DNA from: Nitrospirales bacterium
GTDB lineage: Bacteria > Nitrospirota > Nitrospiria > Nitrospirales > UBA8639
Assembly (NCBI GenBank): GCA_965203295.1
Contig: CBDBCZ010000019.1
Span: forward strand, 192,001 to 256,000
Reading direction: 5' to 3'
DNA length: 64,000 nucleotides
Each line of letters opens with the position of its first letter. Positions within the stretch are counted from its first letter, which is position 1. This document shows, one piece after another, positions 31,628 through 44,672 of the stretch. The notes below the pieces were generated by a model. That model made no database searches and was not told the origin of the DNA. It worked only from the letters and a program-made list of their open reading frames with translations. The position numbers and the translations under genes were made by a program.

Positions 31628-34600
31628 ATGGTGTCCGACCAGTTCTTGATAGTTGCAATTTTTCTTGGAGCTTGTACAGCATGCTGCAGGGCAGACGCAA
31701 TATACTATGTAACACCGAATTCCTCGGCATCCTGTCACGAAGCTACTCATGAATGTCATACTCTCCTCTTCTACGTACAAAATGCACGACAGTATTTTGT
31801 CTCGGACACCATGTTCGTCTTCTTGCCTGGGAATCACAGCTTGGGTGTCGGAGAACTGGTTCTGATACAAAATGAGGCAAACCTGACACTGATTGGAAAT
31901 GATACCCTTCTGCCTGTCCGGTACAATGAAGCGCAGTGGTTGGAATCAACAAGCAGGATCGTTTGTAGTAATTTTTCTGGATTTGCCTTTGCCAACATAA
32001 GTCGATTATTGATCACAAACCTTACCTTTGTTTCCTGTGGTGCTTATATACAGAGGTTTGCAGGTTGGTTGTCCAGTGCAATAGGGAATGGAAAGTTGAG
32101 TAGAAACTGTGTAAACTGTTAGCCTTTGATTCTGACAAGCCTAACCTAATTAAGTACTTGAGAGCCACTGCTTATTTGCCTTCTCCTGTGGACAACCAAC
32201 TTGCAAACCTCTGTACCAGAAGAGTTGGCTGATACTGTTGTTCACGTTAACACTCTTTCTCTTTTTAAAATCGGAAATGGAGTAAAGGTTTCTCTCTTTC
32301 TTGCGAACGTTTCTTCGCTTGAGTTCAGTCAATTGTGTGTGCGGAACGGTAGGGGCTATGGAGTGCTAGGCATCAATGTTGTCGGTAGATCATCAATCTC
32401 AGGTTGTACGTTTGTCAGAAACAATGAATACACTTTTAGTGGATGCCACGGTGCTAACATTTCCGAATGCCAGGGTGGAAATGCTCTTTTTGTCTATGGT
32501 GATTCAATCAATTGCTATGGCAGTGGGAAACACTTCAGTTTCAACATAGAAAGTGGTTCACTCTTTGCCTATGGTGTTGATCGAACAGGAAAGGAAATTA
32601 GTCAGGGGAGTGGATTGGGATTAACACTGGGGCAGAGCGGCTTTGGCCTTCAAATCAATATTACTAATGTGACCAGTATTGGAAATGTGGCGTTTGAGGG
32701 ATCCAATCTCTACTTTGGTATCTTTGACTCTGTAAGTAACTTGGACATCTCAATGGTGAACGTAGGTGGTTTGAATGGGAATGGAAAACCACTGGTACAA
32801 GAAGGTGTGTACTTTGGAACTGGGGTGGGATTGTTGTATCACTATGGAATCCCACACCCGTACACTGTGCCATTATGCACTCTACCCACTGCATCACAGA
32901 ACAATTTTAGTGTGAGAAATAGTTGGTTCACAGGAAATCATGGTAACTTTGGAGCAGGAGTGTATATTAAGCTATGGGCACCATTGGCTTCAAAACCTAG
33001 CTCTCTTGTAAATTTTACAGGTTGTATTATTAGCAACAATATTGGCGTTTCGCGTGGAATTGGTTTGTACATTTCAGAGGTAGAAAGGTTCAGCAGAGAC
33101 AGCTCAGCTTTCAGTGTGGTGCTTCAAGACACGATGGTGTCCAACAATGCTTTCACAAGTCCAGTGTATGATCTTAAGGAGTTGGATATTCTTTACACTA
33201 TTACTGCTTTCCTAGGAGTGCAAAATGTTAGGATTATTGGCTGTGATTTCAGCGACAACAACGTAACAGCACTGTATGCATTTGGAAGCAATCTGTTCTT
33301 TTCAGGCAATGTAACCTTTATAGGAAACGTAGGCATTAGTGGAGCTGGAATTATGCTAGATAATTCAGTTATGTATTTCCAGCAGCACACTACAATGAAG
33401 TTTGCATACAATCGCGCACTTTTGACCGGAGGGGCAATATATGTTGTCACCCATGCAAATGATCCATCAAGACACACCTGCTTTTTTCAGATAGACACCA
33501 GTCCTTTCCTTTCTTTGGAACAACTTGACATTAGAGTACTCTTCTGGGAGAACCGTGCAAACCTCTCTGGCAGTGACTTGTATGGGGGCTGGATAGACAG
33601 GTGCAACTTGATTACGGGTCCCGTTTTCCTGATTGACTCCGGCGCTGTATTTAACTCAACCTTCCATATAGAAAGAAAAAGTTTAAGTTCAAACACGTCT
33701 GTGATATCTTCTGTGCCAAATTTGGTGTGTGCGTGTGATAATGATCGTCCGGCTTGTGAACTCTCCTCGTATAACAAATCAGTTTATCCTGGTCAGAAGT
33801 TTTCTCTTCCAGTAATCGCTGTTGGACAGCGGCATGGAGTTTCTGTACCGGCAGATGTTGTCTTACTATTTAACACAGATGCGCCGGTACCCACCAGGTT
33901 TGGTAACTCGGAGAACCCTCAGACTACTGACATCACTTGCAAAAACTTGTCGTATTCGATTTCATCACCCAATAAATTTGAAACTGCTCACTTTCAAGTT
34001 CAAAATGCTGTCTTGCTGGAAATGACATGCCTGTTTAATATCACGCTTAAAGAATGCCCCCCAGGCTTTCAATTCTCTAATGAATCATTTCAATGTGACT
34101 GCACTCCATTGTTGAATGTCTTGTGCAATATCACCGATCAGACTTTAGAACGTGCAGGTAATGTGTGGATTGCGGCTTTGAATGGCAAATTTGTCATTTC
34201 TGATCCCTGTCCATTCGACTACTGTACACCATTTCACAAATCACCTCCTATTAACCCACGTTTTCCAAACAGCCAATGTGCCTTTCATCGCTCGGGTATC
34301 CTATGTGGAAACTGTAGTAGCAATAACAGCTTAGTCCTCGGCAGTTCTCGGTGTCGGAAATGTAGCAACAGCTTCATCGCTCTTTTGACCGCGTTTGCTC
34401 TAGCTGGCCTGGCCCTTGTGTTTTTCTTAATGTTCTTTAATCTTACAGTGTCAGTGGGCACTATCAACGGCCTCATCTTCTATGCAAATATAGTTGGGGT
34501 GAATTACGCCACTTTTTTCCCGGAAGGCAAAATTAACCTCCTAACAGTTTTTGTGTCATGGCTGAACCTTGATCTCGGAATTGAGACCTGCTTCTACATG

Positions 34601-35584
34601 GGAATGGATTCATACGCCAAGGCCTGGCTTCAGTTTGCATTTCCAATCTACATTTGGTTGATAATAGGATGCATCATTATCCTAAGCAGATACTCCGTAG
34701 TCGTTTCGAGGCTGTGTGGCTCCAACTCCGTGCCTGTGCTCGCAACGCTCATGCTTCTTTCCTTCACGAAAATCATGTCGGCCGTCATAACTGCTCTCCA
34801 GTTTGGAATTCTAGTTTATGAAGATGGCCACAGAGAAACTGTGTGGCGTTATGACGGCAACATCCGCTATTTCAGTGCCCGCCACTCTGTCTTGTTTGTT
34901 TGTGCTCTCGCTTTCCTTATTCCCTCAATCCTGTACATCTTATTTCTGTTGTTCTCGCAATGGCTTCTAGCCAAGGCGACTCCAAGGAATGCTCTGAGAT
35001 ATATTGCCAAGCTGAAACCTATAGTTGATGCTTACCATGGACCTTACAAAGATAAATATCGCTACTGGACTGGATTTATGCTTTTGGTTCGAGGAATTCT
35101 TTTTTTGATCTTTTCTACAACGTTCGAGATCAAAGGTGTCAACCAACTAGTAATTGCTGTATCAGTGTACGTACTGATTGCACTCCACTGGAGTGGCAGG
35201 GGAGTGTATAAAAAGAACTGGATGAACGTTCTCGAGTTTTCGTTTATTCTAAATCTCGGAATCCTCACAACTGCCACTTTGTTCAATGGCTTAGAGAGTG
35301 GAAAGCAGGCAGCAACAGTGTATACATCCGTTGGAATCGCTCTACTCACAGCTGTTGGGATACTGGCTTACCATGCCCACGCTCAAGTTCGACGAAAGTT
35401 TAAATGTGCACAGAATGTCGACATCCGTGCAAGCAGTTGTTGTCGTGAAGCAGAGCCTCTGTTAGAAAACAGTGATGAAACCGACCCGCTTTTGCATCGT
35501 GATCTAATCTTTCCGCCAGCCCCACACCGTTCCTCTGTACGCCCACACCCGATAAGCACTGCAGTGATTAACTCTGCACCGTAA
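31628..35584 (+). CDS. Large receptor-like protein, copy A (signal peptide, Pmp-type beta-helix repeats, Cys-rich stalk, about 7 TM); interrupted by a MITE at 32051-32213
   Basis: ORFs 31628-32122 and 32201-35584 are in the same frame and collinear with copy B. FxxN..GGAI repeats, CPPGF/CPFDYC/GILCGNC, hydrophobic C-terminal half. Either a pseudogene or rescued by splicing. Confidence 0.8.
32051..32213. mobile_element. MITE family B inserted in coding sequence (163 bp plus TA TSD)
   Basis: TA-CAGAGGTTTGCAGGTTGGTTGTCCA...TGGACAACCAACTTGCAAACCTCTG-TA; absent from the paralog (empty site GCTTATATA|TCAGAC at about 37311). Confidence 0.93.
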
Positions 35585-35740
35585 TAATAGTTGTACTGTT
35601 TCATTAATTAACTGTGGTATCACACATGCACTGTATTATTGTATTGCACCAGTGTGTTTTTAATGATTGGTATACGATTCACATGTATTGGTATATTGAT
35701 TCTTGAAATAAAAATATTTCCTCTCAATTGATTTATCATG

Positions 35741-35914
35741 TCACCGCTTCACAAAAACATCCTTCTCCTCTCCATTCTCTACTCTCGATAGTTCCAGGGC
35801 CCTTTTGCTTGCTGCATGTACAGCATCCATCATAATTCCTCTAAATCCAGCTTTTTCCATTGTGCGAATGGCCTGGATTGAAGTGCCAGCGGGAGAGCAC
35901 ACTTCGTCTTTTAG
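35741..35914 (-). pseudogene. Orphan duplicate of the PYCR-B terminal exon
   Basis: Near-identical to 40871-41044 with acceptor intact; the exon-6 region is missing and only an exon-5 fragment remains at 36074-36098. Confidence 0.88.
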
Positions 35915-36194
35915 CTACAGTATGTTTGTATGCATGTGTGAATATATATGCATTGTGCACACAAGCGCTATAAGTATGGAGACTGTATATTGTGGAGATT
36001 TTACAATAATAATATTGGCATGTATACCTTTACCCCTCGCATAACAGCTATTTATAGGTCTTTTTCAACTCACCGTCATTGTGTATGCGGTTAGTTTCCT
36101 TAATACATAGGTTTCATTATTTTAGAGGTGTCCTATGGGTTCTACTATATACTATGCTGTTTGTTACAGTTCCTTGTTGCTTACATGTACAAAG

Positions 36195-36329
36195 GTGAAA
36201 GACGCAGTCTCCTCCCCCGCTGGTACCACAATACACGGGATCCAGGTGCTGGAAAGAGCTGGCTTCCGCTCAGCACTCATGGATGCCTTAAAGACGGCCA
36301 AGGATAGGGCAGAACAACTTAGACAGTGA
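36195..36329 (+). pseudogene. Orphan duplicate of the PYCR-A terminal exon
   Basis: Same sequence as 31026-31160; acceptor AAAG. Confidence 0.9.
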
Positions 36330-36399
36330 CTGCTACTCCCAGTGATTATTGTTTTGTTATAACGTTCACTTACTGGTGTAGATTCTGTCTAATCTCTAT

Positions 36400-36495
36400 A
36401 GTCTCGTTCCCAGCCCCACAATCAAGGCTGAGGATCGCTTACGTGGATACTGTAAGCGATCCTTAGACTTGATTGTGGGGCTGGGAACGAGACTA
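36400..36495. mobile_element. Short hairpin MITE (TAGTCTCGTTCCCAG...CTGGGAACGAGACTA). Related hairpins at about 5634-5678, 21372-21439, 22722-22790, 28577-28637, 53009-53084
   Basis: Near-perfect ~45-bp arms; TA-flanked. Confidence 0.8.
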
Positions 36496-36864
36496 TACAA
36501 CTGCGGTCTTACCCCAGGTACAGGTCAGGGACTGCCTGTTTGTTGTTCATGTGTCTGAGGTGATGTAGTGCATGCATGGGAAATGATGATAGAAAAGAAA
36601 GACTTACAATAACAGTACAGTGCACTAAACTAATATTATGGTTTCTGATTCGACAGATGTGTGGTCTAGTGTGTGCACGTGCTTATACATCAGCTGACAT
36701 GATTACAAAGTCGAGCAGGTACGTTCAGTGTGTATGCTATAGCTATATCTACGCTCGTATACATAATGTATATACACCATATACCACTACAGATATGTGC
36801 TTTGAACACTGTACCATTAACCAGCAATATACTGATTGACCGTAACAGCATTGTGAGTTTCACC

Positions 36865-39800
36865 ATGCAAAATTTAATTATGGTAAACAGCTGTATTTTC
36901 CAGTTTTTGCTCGTTGCAATTCTTCTTGGAGTTTGTATAGTGTGCTGCAGGGCTGACATTATATACCATGTAACACCGAATTCCTCAGCATCCTGTCACG
37001 AAGCTACTCATGAATGTCATACTCTCCTCTTCTACGTACAAAATGCACGACAGTATTTTGTCTCAGACACCAGGTTCATCTTCTTGCCTGGGAATCACAG
37101 CTTGGACGTTGGAGAACTGGTTCTGATACAAAATGAGGCAAACCTGACACTGATTGGAAATGATACCCTTCTGCCTGTCCGGTACAATGAAGCGCAGTGG
37201 TTGGAATCGACAAGCAGGATCGTTTGTAGTAATTTCTCTGGATTTGCCTTTGCCAACATAAGTCGATTATCAATCACAAACCTCACCTTTGTTTCCTGTG
37301 GTGCTTATATATCAGACGACTGGGCTGATACTGTTTTTCATGTTCATACGCATTCTCTTTTTTTCATTGGGGCAAATGGATTAAAGGTTTCTCTTTTTCT
37401 TGTAAACATTTCGTCACTCGAGTTCAGTCAATTGTGTGTGCGGAATGGTAGGGGCTATGGAGTTCTAGGCATCAATGTTGTCGGTAGATCATCAATCTCA
37501 GGTTGTACGTTTGTCAGGAACAATGACTACACTCTAAAGCCAACTCCAGGTGAATGTTATGAGATTGAATGCCAAGGTGGAAATGCTCTCTTTGTCTATG
37601 GTGATCCATTCAACTGCTTTGACATTGGGGAACACTTCAGCCTCAGTATACAAAGTGGCTCACTCTTTGCCTATGGTGTTGATCAGAGTTTAGATCTTAT
37701 GGAAACAGCAATTCGCCGGGGGAGTGGATTGGGATTTAAACTGGGTCAGAGTACTTTTGGCCTTCAAGTTAATATTACCAATGTGACAAGTATCGGTAAT
37801 GTGGCTAAAGAGGGAGCCAACCTATACTTTAGCATATTCGACTCTGTAAGTAACTTAGACATCTCAATGGTGAATGTACACAGTATGAACGGGACTGCAG
37901 TTGATGTGTACAGTGGAACTGGAGTGGGACTGTGGTGTCACTATGGAACCCCACACCCGGATATTTTACAATTGTGCACACTACCCACTATGTACACATC
38001 ACAGATCGAATTTAGTGTGAGAAATAGTTGGTTTACAGGAAACTACGGCAACACTGGAGTAGGAGTGTATATCGACCTATGGGCACCGTTGGCTTCAAGA
38101 CCTACCCCTCTTGTAAATTTTACTGACTGTATTATTAGCAACAATGTTGGCACTTGGCATGACATGTACATGGGTTCTGGCATTTCGCGTGGAATTGGTT
38201 TGTTAATTTCAGAGAGGCTCAACAAAGACAGCTTAGTTTCCAGTGTGGTGCTTCAAGACACGATGGTGACCAACAATTCTTTTATACATCCAGTGGATCA
38301 TCTCCCTAAGGAGGAGTTGGATGGTCTTTTCTCTATTACTGCTTTCCTAGGAGTGCAAAATGTTAGGATCATTGGCTGTGATTTCAGCGACAACAAAGTA
38401 ACAGCACTGTATGCGTTTGAAAGCAATCTGTACTTTTCAGGCAATGTAACCTTCATGGGAAACATCGGCATTAGTGGTGGTGGAGTTGTGCTGGATAGTT
38501 CAGTTATGTATCTTCAGGAGCACACTACCATGACGTTTACGTATAATCGTGCACGTTTGACTGGAGGGGCAATATATGTTGTCACTCATGCAAATGATCC
38601 ATTGAGTCACACCTGCTTTTTTCAGATAGACACCAGTCCTTTCCTTTCTTTGGAACAACTTGACATTAGAGTTCTCTTCTGGGAGAACCATGCAGGGCTT
38701 TCTGGTAGTGTCTTGTATGGGGGGTGGATAGACAGGTGCAACTTGATCACAGGACCTGCTTTCGCTAAGTCAGGTACTGTGTTTAACTCTACCTTCCATA
38801 TAGAAAGACAAAGTTCGAACACGTCTGTGATATCTTCAGAGCCGAATTTTGTGTGTATGTGTGATAGTAATCATCCAGCCTGTGGATACTGCTATGACTT
38901 TATTGGTAAATCAGTTTATCCTGGTCAGAAATTTTCTCTTCCAGTAGTTGCTGTTGGGCAGAGGCAAGGAATTTCTGTACCAGCAGATGTTGTCTTATTA
39001 TTTGACACAGATGCGCCGGTACCCACCAGGTTTGGTAACTTGGAGAATCCCCAGACTACTGACATCACTTGCAAAAACTTGTCGTATTCGATTTCGTCAC
39101 CCAATAAATTTGAAACTGCTCACTTTAAAGTTCAAAATGCTGTCTTGCTGGAATGGCCATGCCGGTTTAATATCACGCTTAAAGAATGCCCCCCGGGCTT
39201 TCAATTGTCTAATGAATCATTTCAATGTGACTGTACTCCATTGTTGAATGTCTCATGCAATATCACCGATCAGACTTTAGAACGTGCAAGTAATGTGTGG
39301 ATTGCGGCTTTGAACGGCAAATTTGTCATTTCTGATCCCTGTCCATTTGACTACTGTACACCATTTCACAAATCATCACCTATTAACCCACGTTTTCCAA
39401 ACAGCCAATGTGCCTTTCATCGCTCGGGTATCCTATGTGGAAACTGTAGTAGCAATAACAGCTTAGTCCTCGGCAGTTCTCAGTGTCGGAAATGTAGCAA
39501 CAGCTTCATCGCTCTTTTGACCGCGTTTGCTCTAGCTGGCCTGGCCCTTGTGTTTTTCTTAATGTTCTTTAATCTTACAGTGTCAGTGGGCACCATCAAC
39601 GGTCTCATCTTCTATGCAAATATAGTTGGGGTGAATTACGCCACTTTTTTCCCGGAAGGCAAAATTAACCTCCTAACAGTTTTTGTGTCATGGCTGAACC
39701 TTGATCTCGGAATTGAGACCTGCTTCTATGTGGGAATGGATTCATACGCCAAGGCCTGGCTTCAGTTTGCATTTCCAATCTACATTTGGTTGATAATAGG

Positions 39801-40716
39801 ATGCATCATTATCCTAAGCAGATACTCCGTAGTCGTTTCGAGGCTGTGTGGCTCCAACTCTGTGCCTGTGCTCGCAACGCTCATGCTTCTTTCCTTCACG
39901 AAAATCATGTCGGCCGTCATAACTGCTCTCCAGTTTGGAATTCTAGTTTATGAAGATGGCCACAGAGAGACTGTGTGGCGTTATGACGGCAACATCCGCT
40001 ATTTCAGTGCCCGCCACTCTGTCTTGTTTGTTTGTGCTCTCGCTTTCCTCATTCCCTCAATCCTGTACATCTTATTTCTGTTGTTCTCGCAATGGCTTCT
40101 CGCCAAGGCAACTCCAAGGAATGCTCTGAGATATATTGCCAAGCTGAAACCTATAGTTGATGCTTACCATGGACCTTACAAAGATAAATATCGCTACTGG
40201 ACTGGATTTATGCTTTTGGTTCGAGGAATTCTTTTTCTGATCTTTTCTACAACGTTCGAGATCAAAGGTGTCAACCAACTAGTAATTGCTGTATCAGTGT
40301 ACGTACTGATTGCACTCCACTGGGGTGGCAGGGGAGTGTATAAAAAGAACTGGATGAACGTTCTCGAGTTTTCGTTTATTCTAAATCTCGGAATCCTCAC
40401 AACAGCTACTTTGTTCAATGGTTTAGAAAGTGGAAAGCAGGCAGCAACAGCGTATACATCCGTTGGAATCGCTCTACTCACAGCTGTTGGGATACTGGCT
40501 TACCATGCCCACGCTCAAGTTCGACGTAAGTTCAAATGTGCACAAAATGTCGACATCCGTGCAAGCAGTTGTTGTCGTGAAGCAGAGCCTCTGTTAGAAA
40601 ACAGTGATGAAACCGACCCGCTTTTGCATCGTGATCTAATCTTTCCGCCAGCCCCACACCGTTCCTCTGTACGCCCACACCCGATAAGCACTGCAGTGAT
40701 TAACTCTGCACCGTAA
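36865..40716 (+). CDS. Large receptor-like protein, copy B (intact, intronless; ATG at 36865 or 36880)
   Basis: Single ORF; hydrophobic signal peptide, Pmp-like FxxN/GGAI repeats, many NxS/T sequons, Cys-rich region, multi-TM C-terminus. Confidence 0.9.
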   Translation: MQNLIMVNSCIFQFLLVAILLGVCIVCCRADIIYHVTPNSSASCHEATHECHTLLFYVQNARQYFVSDTRFIFLPGNHSLDVGELVLIQNEANLTLIGNDTLLPVRYNEAQWLESTSRIVCSNFSGFAFANISRLSITNLTFVSCGAYISDDWADTVFHVHTHSLFFIGANGLKVSLFLVNISSLEFSQLCVRNGRGYGVLGINVVGRSSISGCTFVRNNDYTLKPTPGECYEIECQGGNALFVYGDPFNCFDIGEHFSLSIQSGSLFAYGVDQSLDLMETAIRRGSGLGFKLGQSTFGLQVNITNVTSIGNVAKEGANLYFSIFDSVSNLDISMVNVHSMNGTAVDVYSGTGVGLWCHYGTPHPDILQLCTLPTMYTSQIEFSVRNSWFTGNYGNTGVGVYIDLWAPLASRPTPLVNFTDCIISNNVGTWHDMYMGSGISRGIGLLISERLNKDSLVSSVVLQDTMVTNNSFIHPVDHLPKEELDGLFSITAFLGVQNVRIIGCDFSDNKVTALYAFESNLYFSGNVTFMGNIGISGGGVVLDSSVMYLQEHTTMTFTYNRARLTGGAIYVVTHANDPLSHTCFFQIDTSPFLSLEQLDIRVLFWENHAGLSGSVLYGGWIDRCNLITGPAFAKSGTVFNSTFHIERQSSNTSVISSEPNFVCMCDSNHPACGYCYDFIGKSVYPGQKFSLPVVAVGQRQGISVPADVVLLFDTDAPVPTRFGNLENPQTTDITCKNLSYSISSPNKFETAHFKVQNAVLLEWPCRFNITLKECPPGFQLSNESFQCDCTPLLNVSCNITDQTLERASNVWIAALNGKFVISDPCPFDYCTPFHKSSPINPRFPNSQCAFHRSGILCGNCSSNNSLVLGSSQCRKCSNSFIALLTAFALAGLALVFFLMFFNLTVSVGTINGLIFYANIVGVNYATFFPEGKINLLTVFVSWLNLDLGIETCFYVGMDSYAKAWLQFAFPIYIWLIIGCIIILSRYSVVVSRLCGSNSVPVLATLMLLSFTKIMSAVITALQFGILVYEDGHRETVWRYDGNIRYFSARHSVLFVCALAFLIPSILYILFLLFSQWLLAKATPRNALRYIAKLKPIVDAYHGPYKDKYRYWTGFMLLVRGILFLIFSTTFEIKGVNQLVIAVSVYVLIALHWGGRGVYKKNWMNVLEFSFILNLGILTTATLFNGLESGKQAATAYTSVGIALLTAVGILAYHAHAQVRRKFKCAQNVDIRASSCCREAEPLLENSDETDPLLHRDLIFPPAPHRSSVRPHPISTAVINSAP

Positions 40717-40870
40717 TAATAGTTGTACTGTTTTATTAATTAGCTGTGGTATCACACATGCATTGTATTATTGTATTGCACCAGTGTGTTTAATGATTGG
40801 TATACGATTCACAAGTATTGGTATATTGATTCTTGAAATAAAAATATTTCCACTCAATTGATTTATCATG

Positions 40871-43613
<2,743 letters not shown>

Positions 43614-44672
43614 TCTTGCTATAGCTAGACTACATGTGCGCTGCGTGAGATATCAGCAACACAAAGCCTATTGTGAACGTAATATTAGCATACCGTGTAC
43701 CGCGCATCACCACGTGGAGCACGATATTTTACCGGAAATGCTCATGTGCTGGGCGCGAGTAATTATATTAAAGGGTTTCTGAACCAGACGAGGGCACTTG
43801 CATATTATACATACACTAGCAGCTAACTTACCGGGTAATAATAGAGCAGGAGGATATGCGTCCATCCTCTGCGGATGTGGCTTTAACCACATCCCAGGAG
43901 GTCGAAATTGACGACTCCACGTGGCTCAAAATCTTCCCCTAAAGATTATGATAGCGTATACATGTACAGGTCGGTCACATTCACATAACGAGGCTACTAA
44001 AGAAAGCCTTTTACTCCCGTGCATCACTTTTGTAAGAGTAGAATCTGATTGGAATATTCTTTTGGTTATAAGACGGTTTGGACAAGTTTGTCACAAAAAC
44101 GTATCTTCGTGGATTGGATTAGGGGATTCGGCTCTTTCTAAGGTTCGAGTCTCGGAGAATACCCCGGTATAAGTCTCGGGTTGGCTCGCGAGACTAAAAC
44201 GCTTCCCTAGGCCATGGGCCTGGCACAATTGGCGGTCACTTTTCCCGGGAAACTTTTTCATTGGTTGCGTTTGTGCGCATGCGTAGTAGAATTGCCCGAA
44301 ATTTTGAATATGGCGGATTGCTAGAAGGATTCTTGAGTGAAAAATCAGCTTGTTCGCCCAGAGAGAAGTGGTTCGTCTTGGTTGACGTGCTGGTTAGCAA
44401 AAATATACTTGGGAAGGGTAAAGGACGTATTTAAAGGCTTTTTTAGCTTACAAAGCCTTTGTCTCAAAATGACGTCTTTGGTGTGAAAGCGCGAAGTGTC
44501 TAGCTAGCTACCTTGAGGGACAGTTAGCAGTTTAGCCTCAAGCCTACTTTAGAGGAGACTCCCGAGTAGTTTAAAAATCACCTCCACTTTTGCAGGAGAT
44601 GCAACGCTACCATTTCTACCTACAGATATCAACAGCTACAGAGGAAGTAAACAGGCACGCCCTTGAGGCAAG

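Noticed and set aside
36730..36864. N-terminal extension of receptor B
   Set aside because: Non-ATG start, and paralog A begins at the position equivalent to 36880.
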